Assembly: GCA_041664745.1 (NCBI GenBank)
Contig: JBAYKD010000003.1
Span: forward strand, 29,412-93,411
From: Minisyncoccota bacterium
GTDB lineage: Bacteria; Patescibacteriota; Minisyncoccia; Phycocordibacterales; UBA9973
DNA: 64,000 nt
Direction: 5' to 3'
Shown here in pieces: positions 9,228 to 19,500 of the stretch. The translations under genes and the position numbers were made by a program. Numbering within the stretch: the first letter of the stretch is position 1; every line of letters starts with the position of its first letter. The notes under the pieces were generated by a model. That model did not search any database and was not told the origin of the DNA. It saw only the letters and a program-made list of their open reading frames with translations.

Positions 9228-11051
9228 ATGCATAAATTTCTCTCATTTATAAAAGAATTTCGTATTCCTAAAAAACAAGAGCTTACCGCTTCATTAGAAT
9301 CCTTCTCTAAAAAAGAATTCTATATTTTCATTGTTGTGGCTTTAGTTGCTTTTGTGGGAATGGTAATAATTCTTGATCAGCTTAACAATAAATTCCTAGT
9401 TGATGTTCCTATTAAGGGTGGATCAACAACTGAAGGGATTATCGGAATGGCAACCCTTGTGAACCCAGTAACAGCTATCTCCGATGCAGATAAAGATTTA
9501 GTTTCTTTAGTTTACAGTGGACTTGTAAGAAGAATGCCTGATGGAAGCTTTATTCCTGACTTAGCCGAGTCATATACTATCTCTCCTGATGGATTAACTT
9601 ATACTTTCATTATTAAGAACAAAGTAACTTTCCATGATGGAGTAGTTGTGACCGCAGACGATGTCATATTCACAATCAACAAAATAAAAGACCAGCTCAT
9701 AAAAAGCCCACGAAGAATAGGCTGGGAAGGAATTAGTGTCGAGAAAATAGATGACAAAACTGTTACATTTAAATTAAAACAGCCATATATCTCCTTCCTA
9801 GACAATATGACACTGGGAATTCTTCCAGAGCACATCTGGCAAAATGTAGAGGATTCAAACTTCAATATCTCCCCTTTTAATATCAAGGCGATAGGATCAG
9901 GCCCATACAAGATCAAATCTGTCTTAAAAAATAAAGATGGCCTGCCACAAGAGTACAATTTAAAAAGCTTTTCAAATTTCACACTTGGAACTCCTAATAT
10001 AGACAATTTAAAAATTATTTCTTACCCAAACGAGAAAGATTTGATGAATGCAATATTGAGCGACTCTGTAAATCAGGCGGGCGGTATAAGTCCTAAAAAT
10101 GCAGAGGAGTTACAAAGAGATTCTCACACTATAAATACAGCATCTACTTCTAGAATCTTTGGATTATTTTATAATAGTAGTAAGAATAAAATCTTCATGG
10201 ATGCGGGTGTAGTCAAAGCTTTCAATCTTGCGTTGGATAGACAAGAGATTGTTGATAAAGTTCTCTACGGCTATGGAACAGTTATAGGAAGCCCTATTCC
10301 AGAAACCATTATTCCAAGCACTAAAAATGCAATTGTAAGTAATGAAGATAATTTTAAGAAAGCCAGCGACCTTCTTGATAAAAGTGGCTGGACAGTAAGA
10401 GATGATGGAATAAGAGCAAAGGGTGGCACAACGATTGTAAATAAAACTGTTGTAACTAAAGCAAAAAATGGTACCAAAAAATCAACCATAGTTCCAACGA
10501 AAGTAAATGGTGGTCCATTAACACAGCTCGCCTTCGCTATAACTACCGGAGACACACCAGAGCTAAGGCAATCAACTGAAATTATCAAAACACAATTAGA
10601 AAAATTAGGAGTCAAAGTAAATACGCAAAAAGTTTATGAGATGGGTCCTTTGAATCAAGTGATTCGTGATCGTGATTATGAAGTTCTATTCTTTGGTCAA
10701 ATAATAAACCATGAATCAGACCTATATTCATTCTGGCATTCTTCCCAGAAGAAAGATCCTGGATTGAATATTTCTATGTACGGTAATGCCAAAGTAGATA
10801 AAATACTTGAAGATGCTCAGAAAACAATTTCTCTAGATGCAAGATTATCTAAATATAAAGACTTTATAAATGAGTTCAATAAAGATCTTCCTGCCTTACT
10901 CATATACTCGCCTAAATACTTATACGCTACATCAAATGAACTTAATAATATAAATCTTAATAGCTTAATAAATCCTTCTGATAGATTTGCATCTATTTAT
11001 ACATGGTATGCAAACAAAGATCACGTATGGAAAATCTTTACCAAACAATAA
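9228..11051 (+). CDS. ABC transporter substrate-binding protein, family 5 (OppA/DppA-like), TM-anchored, no adjacent permease/ATPase
   Basis: 607 aa with an N-terminal TM anchor and SBP_bac_5-like blocks (TFHDGVVVTADDVIFT, GSGPYK). Confidence 0.75.
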   Translation: MHKFLSFIKEFRIPKKQELTASLESFSKKEFYIFIVVALVAFVGMVIILDQLNNKFLVDVPIKGGSTTEGIIGMATLVNPVTAISDADKDLVSLVYSGLVRRMPDGSFIPDLAESYTISPDGLTYTFIIKNKVTFHDGVVVTADDVIFTINKIKDQLIKSPRRIGWEGISVEKIDDKTVTFKLKQPYISFLDNMTLGILPEHIWQNVEDSNFNISPFNIKAIGSGPYKIKSVLKNKDGLPQEYNLKSFSNFTLGTPNIDNLKIISYPNEKDLMNAILSDSVNQAGGISPKNAEELQRDSHTINTASTSRIFGLFYNSSKNKIFMDAGVVKAFNLALDRQEIVDKVLYGYGTVIGSPIPETIIPSTKNAIVSNEDNFKKASDLLDKSGWTVRDDGIRAKGGTTIVNKTVVTKAKNGTKKSTIVPTKVNGGPLTQLAFAITTGDTPELRQSTEIIKTQLEKLGVKVNTQKVYEMGPLNQVIRDRDYEVLFFGQIINHESDLYSFWHSSQKKDPGLNISMYGNAKVDKILEDAQKTISLDARLSKYKDFINEFNKDLPALLIYSPKYLYATSNELNNINLNSLINPSDRFASIYTWYANKDHVWKIFTKQ

Positions 11052-11052
11052 T

Positions 11053-13035
11053 ATGAATGAAAAACCAAAAACACAACCAAATGGAAATAGAAATAATAAT
11101 TTCAACTATCGTAGAAACAATACGATAAGAGTGCTTCACAAAGAAGGTACTCCTAAGATAAATGTACCCACCGCGATACTTCCTAAAACAACAAATCAAC
11201 AGAGAGTAAAACAAGGACAAGGAGGAATGAGTCGAGGAAGTTACCAGTATGGCAACACAAAAGGAGGACGCAAGCCCCACATAAAGACTCCCCCACCACC
11301 AAAAGAAAATAATAGCTACGTCAGAAAAAGTAAGGCCAGCATTATTCCTCCACCCCTACCTGGAGTTATTCGTATAATTCCTTTAGGTGGTGTAGAAGAA
11401 ATCGGTAAGAATATGACAGCCATTGAGATAGGTAATGACATCATCGTCATCGACGCAGGTATGCAATTCAAAACAGAAGATACACCAGGAATTGATTACA
11501 TGATTCCTAACACAACTTATTTAGAGGAACGCAAGGATAAAATAAGGGCTATGTTAGTCACTCACGGCCACTTAGATCACATCGGAGGAATTCCTCTCGT
11601 TATGAGTCGTATCGGTAATCCACCATTATATTCTAGAAACTTGTCAGTCTTGGTTATGAAAAAGCGCCAAGAAGAATTCCCTCACTTGCCTGCATTAGAT
11701 GCACATATAGTGGAGAAAGATTCTGTAGTATACGCAGGCGATCTTCGTATCCGTTTCTTTGGAGTGACTCACACAATGCCCGACTCTATGGGTATCGTTA
11801 TCGAGACTCCTTATGGATCAATAATTACTCCTGGAGACTACAAGCTTGATCAAGTAGATGGAGTTGTGAGTGACGAAGAACAAAAGGAATATGCCTTCTT
11901 TGATAAAGAAAAAGTTCTTCTTCTCATGACTGACTCAACCAACATTGAAAATGAAGGTTTCTCTATTCCTGAAATTCGCGTACATGAAGGACTCGACAAA
12001 TTGATAAGACAAGGAACAGGACGTATTATCATCTCAGCCTTTGCTTCATCTATCACTCGTCTGATGAAGATAGTTGAAATAGCAGAATCCCTAGGCAAGA
12101 AAGTTGCCCTTGATGGTAGATCACTGAAAACCAACATGGAGATATGTGAAGCCGCAGGAATATTCAAACCCAAGAAAGGTACTATCATACCAGTCGAGGA
12201 TATCGACAAATACGCTCCTAATAAAATCTTAATAATGATGACAGGAGCCCAAGGTGAAGAATTTGCAGCCCTTTCTCGTGCTGCAAATAAAACTCACAAG
12301 AAGTTTACCATTCGTCCTGGAGATACAATTATCCTTTCATCTTCTATTGTTCCTGGTAATGAGATAGCGGTGCAACACCTGAAAGACAATCTGACTCGTC
12401 ATGGTGTACGTATCATCAGTTATAGAACAAGTGAAGAAACTGTCCACGCTACTGGTCATGGAAACCAAGAAGATATAAAGTGGCTCCACAGAAAGACTCA
12501 TCCTAAATTCTTTATTCCTATTCACGGCTGGCATTCAATGCTTGTAAAGCATAGAGAAGTAGCTATGTCACTCGGCATGTCCATGGACAACATTATAGTA
12601 CCTGACAATGGATCTATAATAGAGATAGTAGATAATGGCTCGAAAATGGTCCTCCGCAAAGAGAAGGCTCCATCAGGCGCAATGATGGTGGATGGATTCT
12701 CTATCGGAGATGAACAAGATGTCGTTATAAGAGATCGCGTGATGCTTGCTCAAGATGGTATGTTCGTCCTTATCGCTACTATTGATGGGACTACTGGTAA
12801 ACTTCGCAAATCTCCAGACATCATCTCAAGAGGATTCATATATCTAAAAGAGAACCAAGAACTACTTCATCAAGTAAGATTAATAATAAAGAAAACAATT
12901 GAAGATGGAACTATGGGAACAAACCCTATCAACTTTGATTCTATAAAAACAGCACTCGGTGATAATATATCAAAGTTCCTCTTCCAAAAAACAGCCAAGA
13001 GACCATTAGTAATACCAGTATTATTAAGTATATAA
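11053..13035 (+). CDS. rnj: Ribonuclease J (metallo-beta-lactamase/beta-CASP) with ~110-aa basic low-complexity N-terminal extension
   Basis: Motifs HGHLDHIGG, beta-CASP and the RNase J C-terminal domain are present. The ATG at 11053 directly follows the SBP stop codon. The track start at 10987 is a TTG that overlaps the SBP gene. Confidence 0.9.
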   Translation: MNEKPKTQPNGNRNNNFNYRRNNTIRVLHKEGTPKINVPTAILPKTTNQQRVKQGQGGMSRGSYQYGNTKGGRKPHIKTPPPPKENNSYVRKSKASIIPPPLPGVIRIIPLGGVEEIGKNMTAIEIGNDIIVIDAGMQFKTEDTPGIDYMIPNTTYLEERKDKIRAMLVTHGHLDHIGGIPLVMSRIGNPPLYSRNLSVLVMKKRQEEFPHLPALDAHIVEKDSVVYAGDLRIRFFGVTHTMPDSMGIVIETPYGSIITPGDYKLDQVDGVVSDEEQKEYAFFDKEKVLLLMTDSTNIENEGFSIPEIRVHEGLDKLIRQGTGRIIISAFASSITRLMKIVEIAESLGKKVALDGRSLKTNMEICEAAGIFKPKKGTIIPVEDIDKYAPNKILIMMTGAQGEEFAALSRAANKTHKKFTIRPGDTIILSSSIVPGNEIAVQHLKDNLTRHGVRIISYRTSEETVHATGHGNQEDIKWLHRKTHPKFFIPIHGWHSMLVKHREVAMSLGMSMDNIIVPDNGSIIEIVDNGSKMVLRKEKAPSGAMMVDGFSIGDEQDVVIRDRVMLAQDGMFVLIATIDGTTGKLRKSPDIISRGFIYLKENQELLHQVRLIIKKTIEDGTMGTNPINFDSIKTALGDNISKFLFQKTAKRPLVIPVLLSI

Positions 13036-13137
13036 ATAGAAGCTGCACAAATTATATTCTAAAAAAAGTCCTCGGATTCCTGAGTTACAACTCAGCCAGA
13101 CTATTTTTTATAAAATAATTTGTTTCGCTTAAAACCA

Positions 13138-14313
13138 ATGAACAAGATAAATCGAATGTACGTTCTCTCATTCTTATTTAGTTTACACATAGCACTATCA
13201 GCTTATGTGAATTCGACGTTCTTGCTGAAAATTATTTCGGAGAAATACGTGGGCATTCTTTATACAATTGCTTCTCTTGTGACTCTAATATTACTCACTA
13301 AAAGTGTAAATTTACTTAAACACTTTGGAAATCGTAATTTCGTTCTAATTTCACTATTAGTAAACATGGTGTCTTTGGTTGGAATGATAGTTTCCAAAAA
13401 TGCTTACATAATAGCGACTTCATTCATTGCATTAATAGCTACTAATACATTAGTTTTTCTTTCTATTGATATCTTTATAGAACATTTTGGTAATCCTTTA
13501 ACTATAGGGAAAACTCGTGGACTTTATCTAATGATAATTAACTTAGCTTGGATGCTATGCCCTCTTGTAACATCATTTCTAATAACAAAAGAAGGTGGTT
13601 ACGTTTCAATATATATAATATCGTTTATTACAACGATCATCATGACTATCGGACTACTCTTCTCTGTTAGAAATTTTGAAGATAGAAGTTATATAAAAAC
13701 ACCATTTCTACAAACTTACAAATTCCTAAAAGAGAATCATCACATGCTCGCGATAACAATGATAAACTTTATTCTACAATTCTTCTTCGCATTAATGGTT
13801 GTGTATATGCCGATATATTTATATGAACATATAGGGTTTAATTGGAGTCAAATAGGAATAATCTTTACTATTATGCTTACTCCATTTGTCATTTTTGGTT
13901 TGCCTATAGGAGCCCTCATAGATAATTGTAAAATGAAGAAAAGAACCTTACTTTATATAGGTATTATCATAATGAGTCTATCCACACTATCTATATCATT
14001 TATCGTTTCTACAAGTGTAGCATTATGGGCATTCATAATGTTCATGACCCGTATGGGTGCAAGTATAATAGAAACAACATCAGAGGTTTACTTCTTTACT
14101 CATGTCAAAGAAGAAGATACTTATCTATTAAGTATCTTCCGAGATATGTCACCAGTGGCTTACATTATCGCCCCTCTGATTAGTACACTTATATTCATAG
14201 TACTACCACTCAAATTCTTATTCGCAATTCTAGGAGTAATAATATTATCAGGACTGTACTACATCCCCCACTTAAAACATAATCACGACTATGGAATACC
14301 CAATACGAATTAA
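13138..14313 (+). CDS. MFS-type transporter
   Basis: About 12 predicted TM helices. The first ATG is at 13138; the track start at 13120 is a TTG. Confidence 0.65.
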   Translation: MNKINRMYVLSFLFSLHIALSAYVNSTFLLKIISEKYVGILYTIASLVTLILLTKSVNLLKHFGNRNFVLISLLVNMVSLVGMIVSKNAYIIATSFIALIATNTLVFLSIDIFIEHFGNPLTIGKTRGLYLMIINLAWMLCPLVTSFLITKEGGYVSIYIISFITTIIMTIGLLFSVRNFEDRSYIKTPFLQTYKFLKENHHMLAITMINFILQFFFALMVVYMPIYLYEHIGFNWSQIGIIFTIMLTPFVIFGLPIGALIDNCKMKKRTLLYIGIIIMSLSTLSISFIVSTSVALWAFIMFMTRMGASIIETTSEVYFFTHVKEEDTYLLSIFRDMSPVAYIIAPLISTLIFIVLPLKFLFAILGVIILSGLYYIPHLKHNHDYGIPNTN

Positions 14314-14998
14314 TAAATTTCTTGCACTGAAAAACTTTGCGACAAGAAAAGGAGCCGACGAACTTATAAAAAAGGGCTACGTTTTTATCAATGGACGAAA
14401 GGCTGTACTCGGCGACCAAGTATACCGAGATGAAGACGTAACAGTCAGTAGTAATGTGCCTAAGAAGGACTACATATACTACGCTTACAATAAAGCTACC
14501 GGCGTTTCGACGAATCCTGATGTGAAAACGAAAGACATTCTCTCTGTAACAAAATTTAAAGAGGCCGTCTTCCCTATCGGCAGACTTGATAAGGATTCAC
14601 ATGGATTAATTTTAATGACAAACGACGGACGCGTGACGGACAGACTACTCTCGCCTAAGTACGTTCATGAAAAAGAATACGTCGTGAAAGTTGAACCAAA
14701 CTTTTCAGACAAATTCTTAGAGCTAATGGCAAATGGTGTTCACTTTGATAAATTCATAAGCAAGAAGTGTAAAGTCTGGCGAACCACTAGTAAGTCAAAA
14801 GATACTTTTAATATTATTCTTACTGAGGGTAAGAAGCGTCAAATCAGACGCATGTGTGAAGCTCTACACCACAAGGTAGTAAACCTCAAACGCATACGCG
14901 TAATGAACATAGAACTTGGTAAACTAAACGAAGGAGAATACAGAGCAATAAATGGAGATGAACTAGATATATTGCTTAAATCACTACAGTTAAGATAA
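14291..14998 (+). CDS. Pseudouridine synthase, RsuA/RluB family (S4 domain + catalytic GRLDKDSHGL)
   Basis: An N-terminal S4-like segment (IRINKFLA) is followed by GRLDKDSHGLILMTNDG with the catalytic Asp and by KKRQIRRM. Confidence 0.85.
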   Translation: MEYPIRINKFLALKNFATRKGADELIKKGYVFINGRKAVLGDQVYRDEDVTVSSNVPKKDYIYYAYNKATGVSTNPDVKTKDILSVTKFKEAVFPIGRLDKDSHGLILMTNDGRVTDRLLSPKYVHEKEYVVKVEPNFSDKFLELMANGVHFDKFISKKCKVWRTTSKSKDTFNIILTEGKKRQIRRMCEALHHKVVNLKRIRVMNIELGKLNEGEYRAINGDELDILLKSLQLR

Positions 14999-15001
14999 AA
15001 C

Positions 15002-15040
15002 AAAACTTCCCCAAGGCAAGTCCTTGGGGAAGTTTTGTTT
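15002..15040. terminator. Bidirectional intrinsic terminator
   Basis: AAAACTTCCCCAAGGcaagtCCTTGGGGAAGTTTT lies between the convergent pseudouridine synthase and rpsR genes. Confidence 0.8.
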
Positions 15041-15047
15041 TATCTTT

Positions 15048-15248
15048 TTATTTTGCGATATAAGGTAGTAACCCCATAAAGCGAGCGCGCTTGATAGCGA
15101 CTGCTAGCTTTCTTTGATTTTTAGAAGTCACATCTGTACGGCGTCTTGCTTGCATACGAGCACTTGGAGTAAGGAATCTGCGAAGCAGCTCTATGTCCTT
15201 GTAGTCGATATGTTTGATGTTGTTTGATGAAAAGTAATCTTGTTTCAT
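15048..15248 (-). CDS. rpsR: 30S ribosomal protein S18
   Basis: 66 aa with IDYKDIELLRRFLT...KNQRKLAVAIKRARFMGLLPY. Confidence 0.9.
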   Translation of the reverse strand: MKQDYFSSNNIKHIDYKDIELLRRFLTPSARMQARRRTDVTSKNQRKLAVAIKRARFMGLLPYIAK

Positions 15249-15273
15249 TTTATTAATTCTTAATTGTTAATTT

Positions 15274-15723
15274 TTAGAACGGTATATCTTCTGAATTTAT
15301 TTGCTCATCTGGATACTCTATAGTATCTATCTCTTCCTCTTTCTTTGGTGCTGCTGCTTGACTAGGTGCAGATGAAGAATTTCCGCCTCCACTACTCTTT
15401 GCTCCGAACTGCACTGTATCGGCAATTATTTCTGTACGGTACTTCTTAGTATTCGTTGCAGCATCATCCCAACTACGAGTCTCCATTCGGCCTTCGACAA
15501 GTATCTGACTTCCCTTTTTCATATAAGTGGCGACGTTCTCTGCCGTCTTGCCCCATACTACGATATTGTGATAATCAGTCTTCTCTTGCCTTACTCCGTT
15601 TGAATCTTTGTAAGTACGATTCGTAGCGATACTGAAAGTACAAACCTTATTGCCAGAAGCGATAGCTTTCAATTCTGGATCGCGAGTTAAATTCCCAATG
15701 AGAATTGCTTTGTTTAAATACAT
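15274..15723 (-). CDS. ssb: Single-stranded DNA-binding protein
   Basis: OB fold (NKAILIGNLTRDPEL), a Gly/Ser-rich linker and an acidic C-terminal tip ending in DIPF. Confidence 0.9.
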   Translation of the reverse strand: MYLNKAILIGNLTRDPELKAIASGNKVCTFSIATNRTYKDSNGVRQEKTDYHNIVVWGKTAENVATYMKKGSQILVEGRMETRSWDDAATNTKKYRTEIIADTVQFGAKSSGGGNSSSAPSQAAAPKKEEEIDTIEYPDEQINSEDIPF

Positions 15724-15756
15724 AAATATAATAAATAGTTAAAATTATTAATATTT

Positions 15757-16260
15757 CTATTCTACCACAAGTGCCTCGATTTCTTTATCTATGGTCTCTT
15801 CGTTGATAGGTAGAGACTCTTCAGCTTTTGGAGTAGAACGGCGCTTGAAGCCATCTTTATTTCCATAGGCTCTCTTTGTAGACATCGTGTTACCACGAAC
15901 TGTCTTGATCATTAAGTAGCGAACAAGCTTTTCATTCTTGTCTAATGCATCTTTTATAATCTTCCCATTTATCGTGCTGCACTCAAATTTGACCCAACCA
16001 AAATAACCATAAGAAAACTTTTGCTTCTTATTATTGATAGAACGAGTCATTTCGTATGCTAATTCTAGCATCTTAGGATATTCATCAGAGATAAAGGTTG
16101 CCCCCATGTCCGACAAAGAATCCTTCAAATTTGTAACTTCTCCTCCAAGATTTTCATCTGGAATACTTGGAACCATAATATAACCAACCTCATATATAGA
16201 AGATTTAACATCTGCTTCTTCTGCAGATACTACTTCTACAACTTCTTTTTCTTTTGCCAT
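15757..16260 (-). CDS. rpsF: 30S ribosomal protein S6 (with N- and C-terminal extensions)
   Basis: It sits in the rpsF-ssb-rpsR gene order and has an S6-like core (YEVGYIMVP...LVRYLMIK). Confidence 0.8.
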   Translation of the reverse strand: MAKEKEVVEVVSAEEADVKSSIYEVGYIMVPSIPDENLGGEVTNLKDSLSDMGATFISDEYPKMLELAYEMTRSINNKKQKFSYGYFGWVKFECSTINGKIIKDALDKNEKLVRYLMIKTVRGNTMSTKRAYGNKDGFKRRSTPKAEESLPINEETIDKEIEALVVE

Positions 16261-16414
16261 TTATTTAGAGCGTTATTACTAAATTTTAATAGTAAAACAC
16301 GCTTAATTATTAATTTTAATACCACTCCATTATGGACCTGTGTGTACCGACTTCAGGGTCGGGACAAATGAAATGTAGAGTCATACTAACAGAAAAAGGA
16401 GGATAAGTAAAGGC

Positions 16415-16548
16415 GATTAATTCCTCTCCCCCTTACTAAGGGGGAGATGCCGGAGGCAGAAGGGGTCTGACCCCTCCTCAGAGCATTGCCTTGCGAAGTC
16501 TGACCCCTCCCCAACCCTCCCCTTAGTAAGGGGAGGAGGAATTAATTC
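16415..16548. repeat. Full-length GC-rich repeat element with ~30-nt terminal inverted repeats, each end itself a CCCC/GGGG hairpin
   Basis: The left end is GATTAATTCCTCTCCCCCTTACTAAGGGGGAG. The reverse complement of the right end is GAATTAATTCCTCCTCCCCTTACTAAGGGGAG. There is an internal direct repeat GTCTGACCCCTCC x2. About 41 nt of the element recur almost identically at 26444-26484. Confidence 0.75.
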
Positions 16549-19500
16549 TGTGCTGGAACTATCGCTGCATTGTAGGCAGTAATGGCGTCATTGAGGGTTG
16601 TGACTTGGGCATCAATTACATCTTGAGTATCAGTAGTTGCTCCTGTGGCAGCTGCGTTGGCTGTTATGAGAGTAGCGAGTGAGCCGACTATATGCTCGCC
16701 GGGAATTACTGATTCTATAGCACTAGCATCTATAAGTCCTTGAGCTATACCTTTAGCAGTAGTGAGAGCGGAGATGTCGGAAGGTTGATTGTTTGATATT
16801 AATAATGCCATTGCATCATTTAATGCTGCCGTCTTTGCCGTCTTATTTGCTTCTAGTTCCGCCCCGGTTTGTGCAGGAGTTTGTGATTCTACTACTTCTG
16901 GTAGTAATAATGCAGAATCTCTTGCAGGGGTGAATAATAACCAACTATCTGCCGTATAGTCAGCTTCTACTTTAGCAGCTATGGTTGTTTTGGCAGTTGT
17001 TAGATCGGTATCTATTTTTGCTACTCTGGCTGCTTCTATCTCTTCAAGGGTGGGGGTTACTTCATTGCCACCATTATTTCCATCACTGTTGGAATCTATA
17101 ATCAATGCTTTGAGTGACTGTAACTCACTACGATTGATACAGACGGCTTCCTGCCCTGGGTCCGTGAGACAAACTTCGCCAGTAAATATTCTCGTAATCT
17201 TATTCCCTGCATTTGCAAGCCAAGCGGTAAGATTATCTCTCAAAGTATTCACTATCGCCTGCCCCGCTCCATCCACTTCAAATTTATTTATACCTTCTAA
17301 TTTTAGATTGAGTTCTTTGATAGCATTCACTGATGCAGCAAGTATCGTTGTAGTATTTACTTGTCTGTTGCCGGAAGGATTAATGTTTACAGCTTCTGGA
17401 ATTGCAGTTTCCACATTTTGAGCAATGAATCCTGAGTAGTCTATACCTCCATCATATAATCCTGAATCTGTTTTCCAAGAGTATGTTTGTGGATTGATTT
17501 GCATGATAGCGTTTAGACCTAGTGTAAAATCTTCCTTTATATCCTTTAGACGTGCATCGGATGTACAACTCATGGTGCCTGCACCGTTGGTTTGAATACC
17601 TCCGCAGGAAACGAGATTAGATATACCGACGCTTCCATCATAACTAATACGCATTCTTTCTGATGTTCCATAAGAATCTCCTGTCGCAAAAATTAAATTA
17701 CCCTTATTCCAATTAGAATCTCCTCCAGCACCTTCTAATATTCCATAAATAGAAGCATAAGAAGCATTATATGTTCCAGATGAAGTCTTTGAGCTAAACG
17801 CAATAATAGGTGAATAAACACCTGGAGCATAAGTATTATTTGCTAATACAAGACCAGCTGTTCCGTTTGTTGTTGTAGCTAGTGAATGACTTGCTATAAA
17901 TGCTGGTGAAGTTGCTACACTACTACCATTAATATAAAATAGGGCACTTCCAGAATAAGTTCCTAATGAAGTTACTGGCCCAGTAGAACTAATAGATGAA
18001 GCATTAATTGTACCGTTCACATCTAATTTTGCCGCCGGGGTTGTTGTCCCGATACCGACGGAGCCGGTGCCTAATACGCTTACCCATTCGTGAGCCACAT
18101 CTGTTCCTGCGACACGGATACCGAATCTATTATCAGCAGCATTATAAGCCGAACCGATATACGCATTATTATTTCCATTTACGTTAAATCCCCAAAAAGT
18201 ATTTTCAGTTGAAGCACCAATTTTTCCTGCTCTCAAGAAAACTGTATCGGAACCTTCTTGAGAAAGAATATCAAGTTTCGCCCCTGGCCCCGTCGTCCCG
18301 ATGCCGACGTTGCCGTCGTTTTTAATTGTCATTCTTATACTAGGTGTAAATTCTGTATTAGCAGTAGCTGCTGCGGCATCAGCATAAAAATTTATACCAT
18401 CTATATAGCTAAGTATTATTCCTCTTGAACCAAAACTTGCATGAGTATTACCCCATTTTAATTTAAGAGCATTGCTTTCGTAACCAGAAGAATAATAAGA
18501 ATTATGAGTAATGAAAGCATCTCCAGCTGCGTCTTGCTGATCTAAATTCAAACCATAACTCGCACCAGCATGAATCATCCCTGCTACATCCAACTTTGCA
18601 CTTGGTGTTACTGTCCCGATTCCTACATTACCGAGATTTATATTAAATGGTGGAGTTCCTCCTTGATCAACATTTTGAATTTGAAATAACCCTGGTGATC
18701 CACCTGAAGAAGCAATTGTCCAATCAGCATTAGCAGAACCTGTATCTAATTCAATACCTGCAGTCCAAGAAGTATTTCCAGATTTTACAAGAATTTGATT
18801 TCCATTACTACCCTCTACTTGCAACAACTTTCCAGGTGCGGTTGTCCCAATACCCACATTTCCGCCACTTGGTAATAGAACAAGTTCGTCCCCGTCACTC
18901 CATCCTTCTCTGTGAATTGCCATCATTGTTCTATCTGCTCCTGCCCCACCATTCATATTAGTAGTCTTCATATTAAATCTTTCTGTATGGTCATATGAAC
19001 TTGCAACACCAGCAAGATTTTTATCTTCTCCAAAAATTGTTAAGTATCCTCCACCATAAGCACCCGTTTGAATTTTTAATCCAGTATTGTCTGTTGCACG
19101 ATAAATATCCAATAAGCCACTTGGCCCAGTTGTCCCGATGCCGACGTTACCGTTTGTTTGAAGTGTCAATAAAGTAGAGGTTTCTAAAAGCCCATCTGCA
19201 TTTGCAGAAAACTTAAATTTATCTGAATCAGAATTATCTACTCCAAAGTTCCAAACTGAAGCTCCACCATCATCCATTAAAATTTTTGTATCTCCACCAT
19301 TAGGCCCAGTTACCATTCTTATTCTAGCGTGAGAAGCTGTATTTGTATTATCAGTATTTTCTAAATTAAAAGAAGCAGCAGTTCCTGCGGTTGCTTCTTT
19401 TACATCTAGTTTCCAAAGAGGATTCGTCGTCCCGATACCGACATTGCCGTTTGATCTTAAAATAGTTAAAGCGGAAGAACTTGTACCATAGTTATATAAT

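Noticed and set aside
9228-11051. The orphan family-5 substrate-binding protein might mark a missing or novel transporter.
   Set aside because: No permease or ATPase genes are adjacent, but TM-anchored orphan SBPs are common. Nothing in the sequence itself is unusual.
10987-11052. A TTG-initiated extension of RNase J overlapping the SBP gene. Similar alternative-start extensions occur at 13120, 42516, 47973, 52435, 55660 and 63945.
   Set aside because: Each has an in-frame ATG placed immediately after the upstream gene's stop. The extended versions overlap the neighbours by 20-65 nt and add no conserved sequence.
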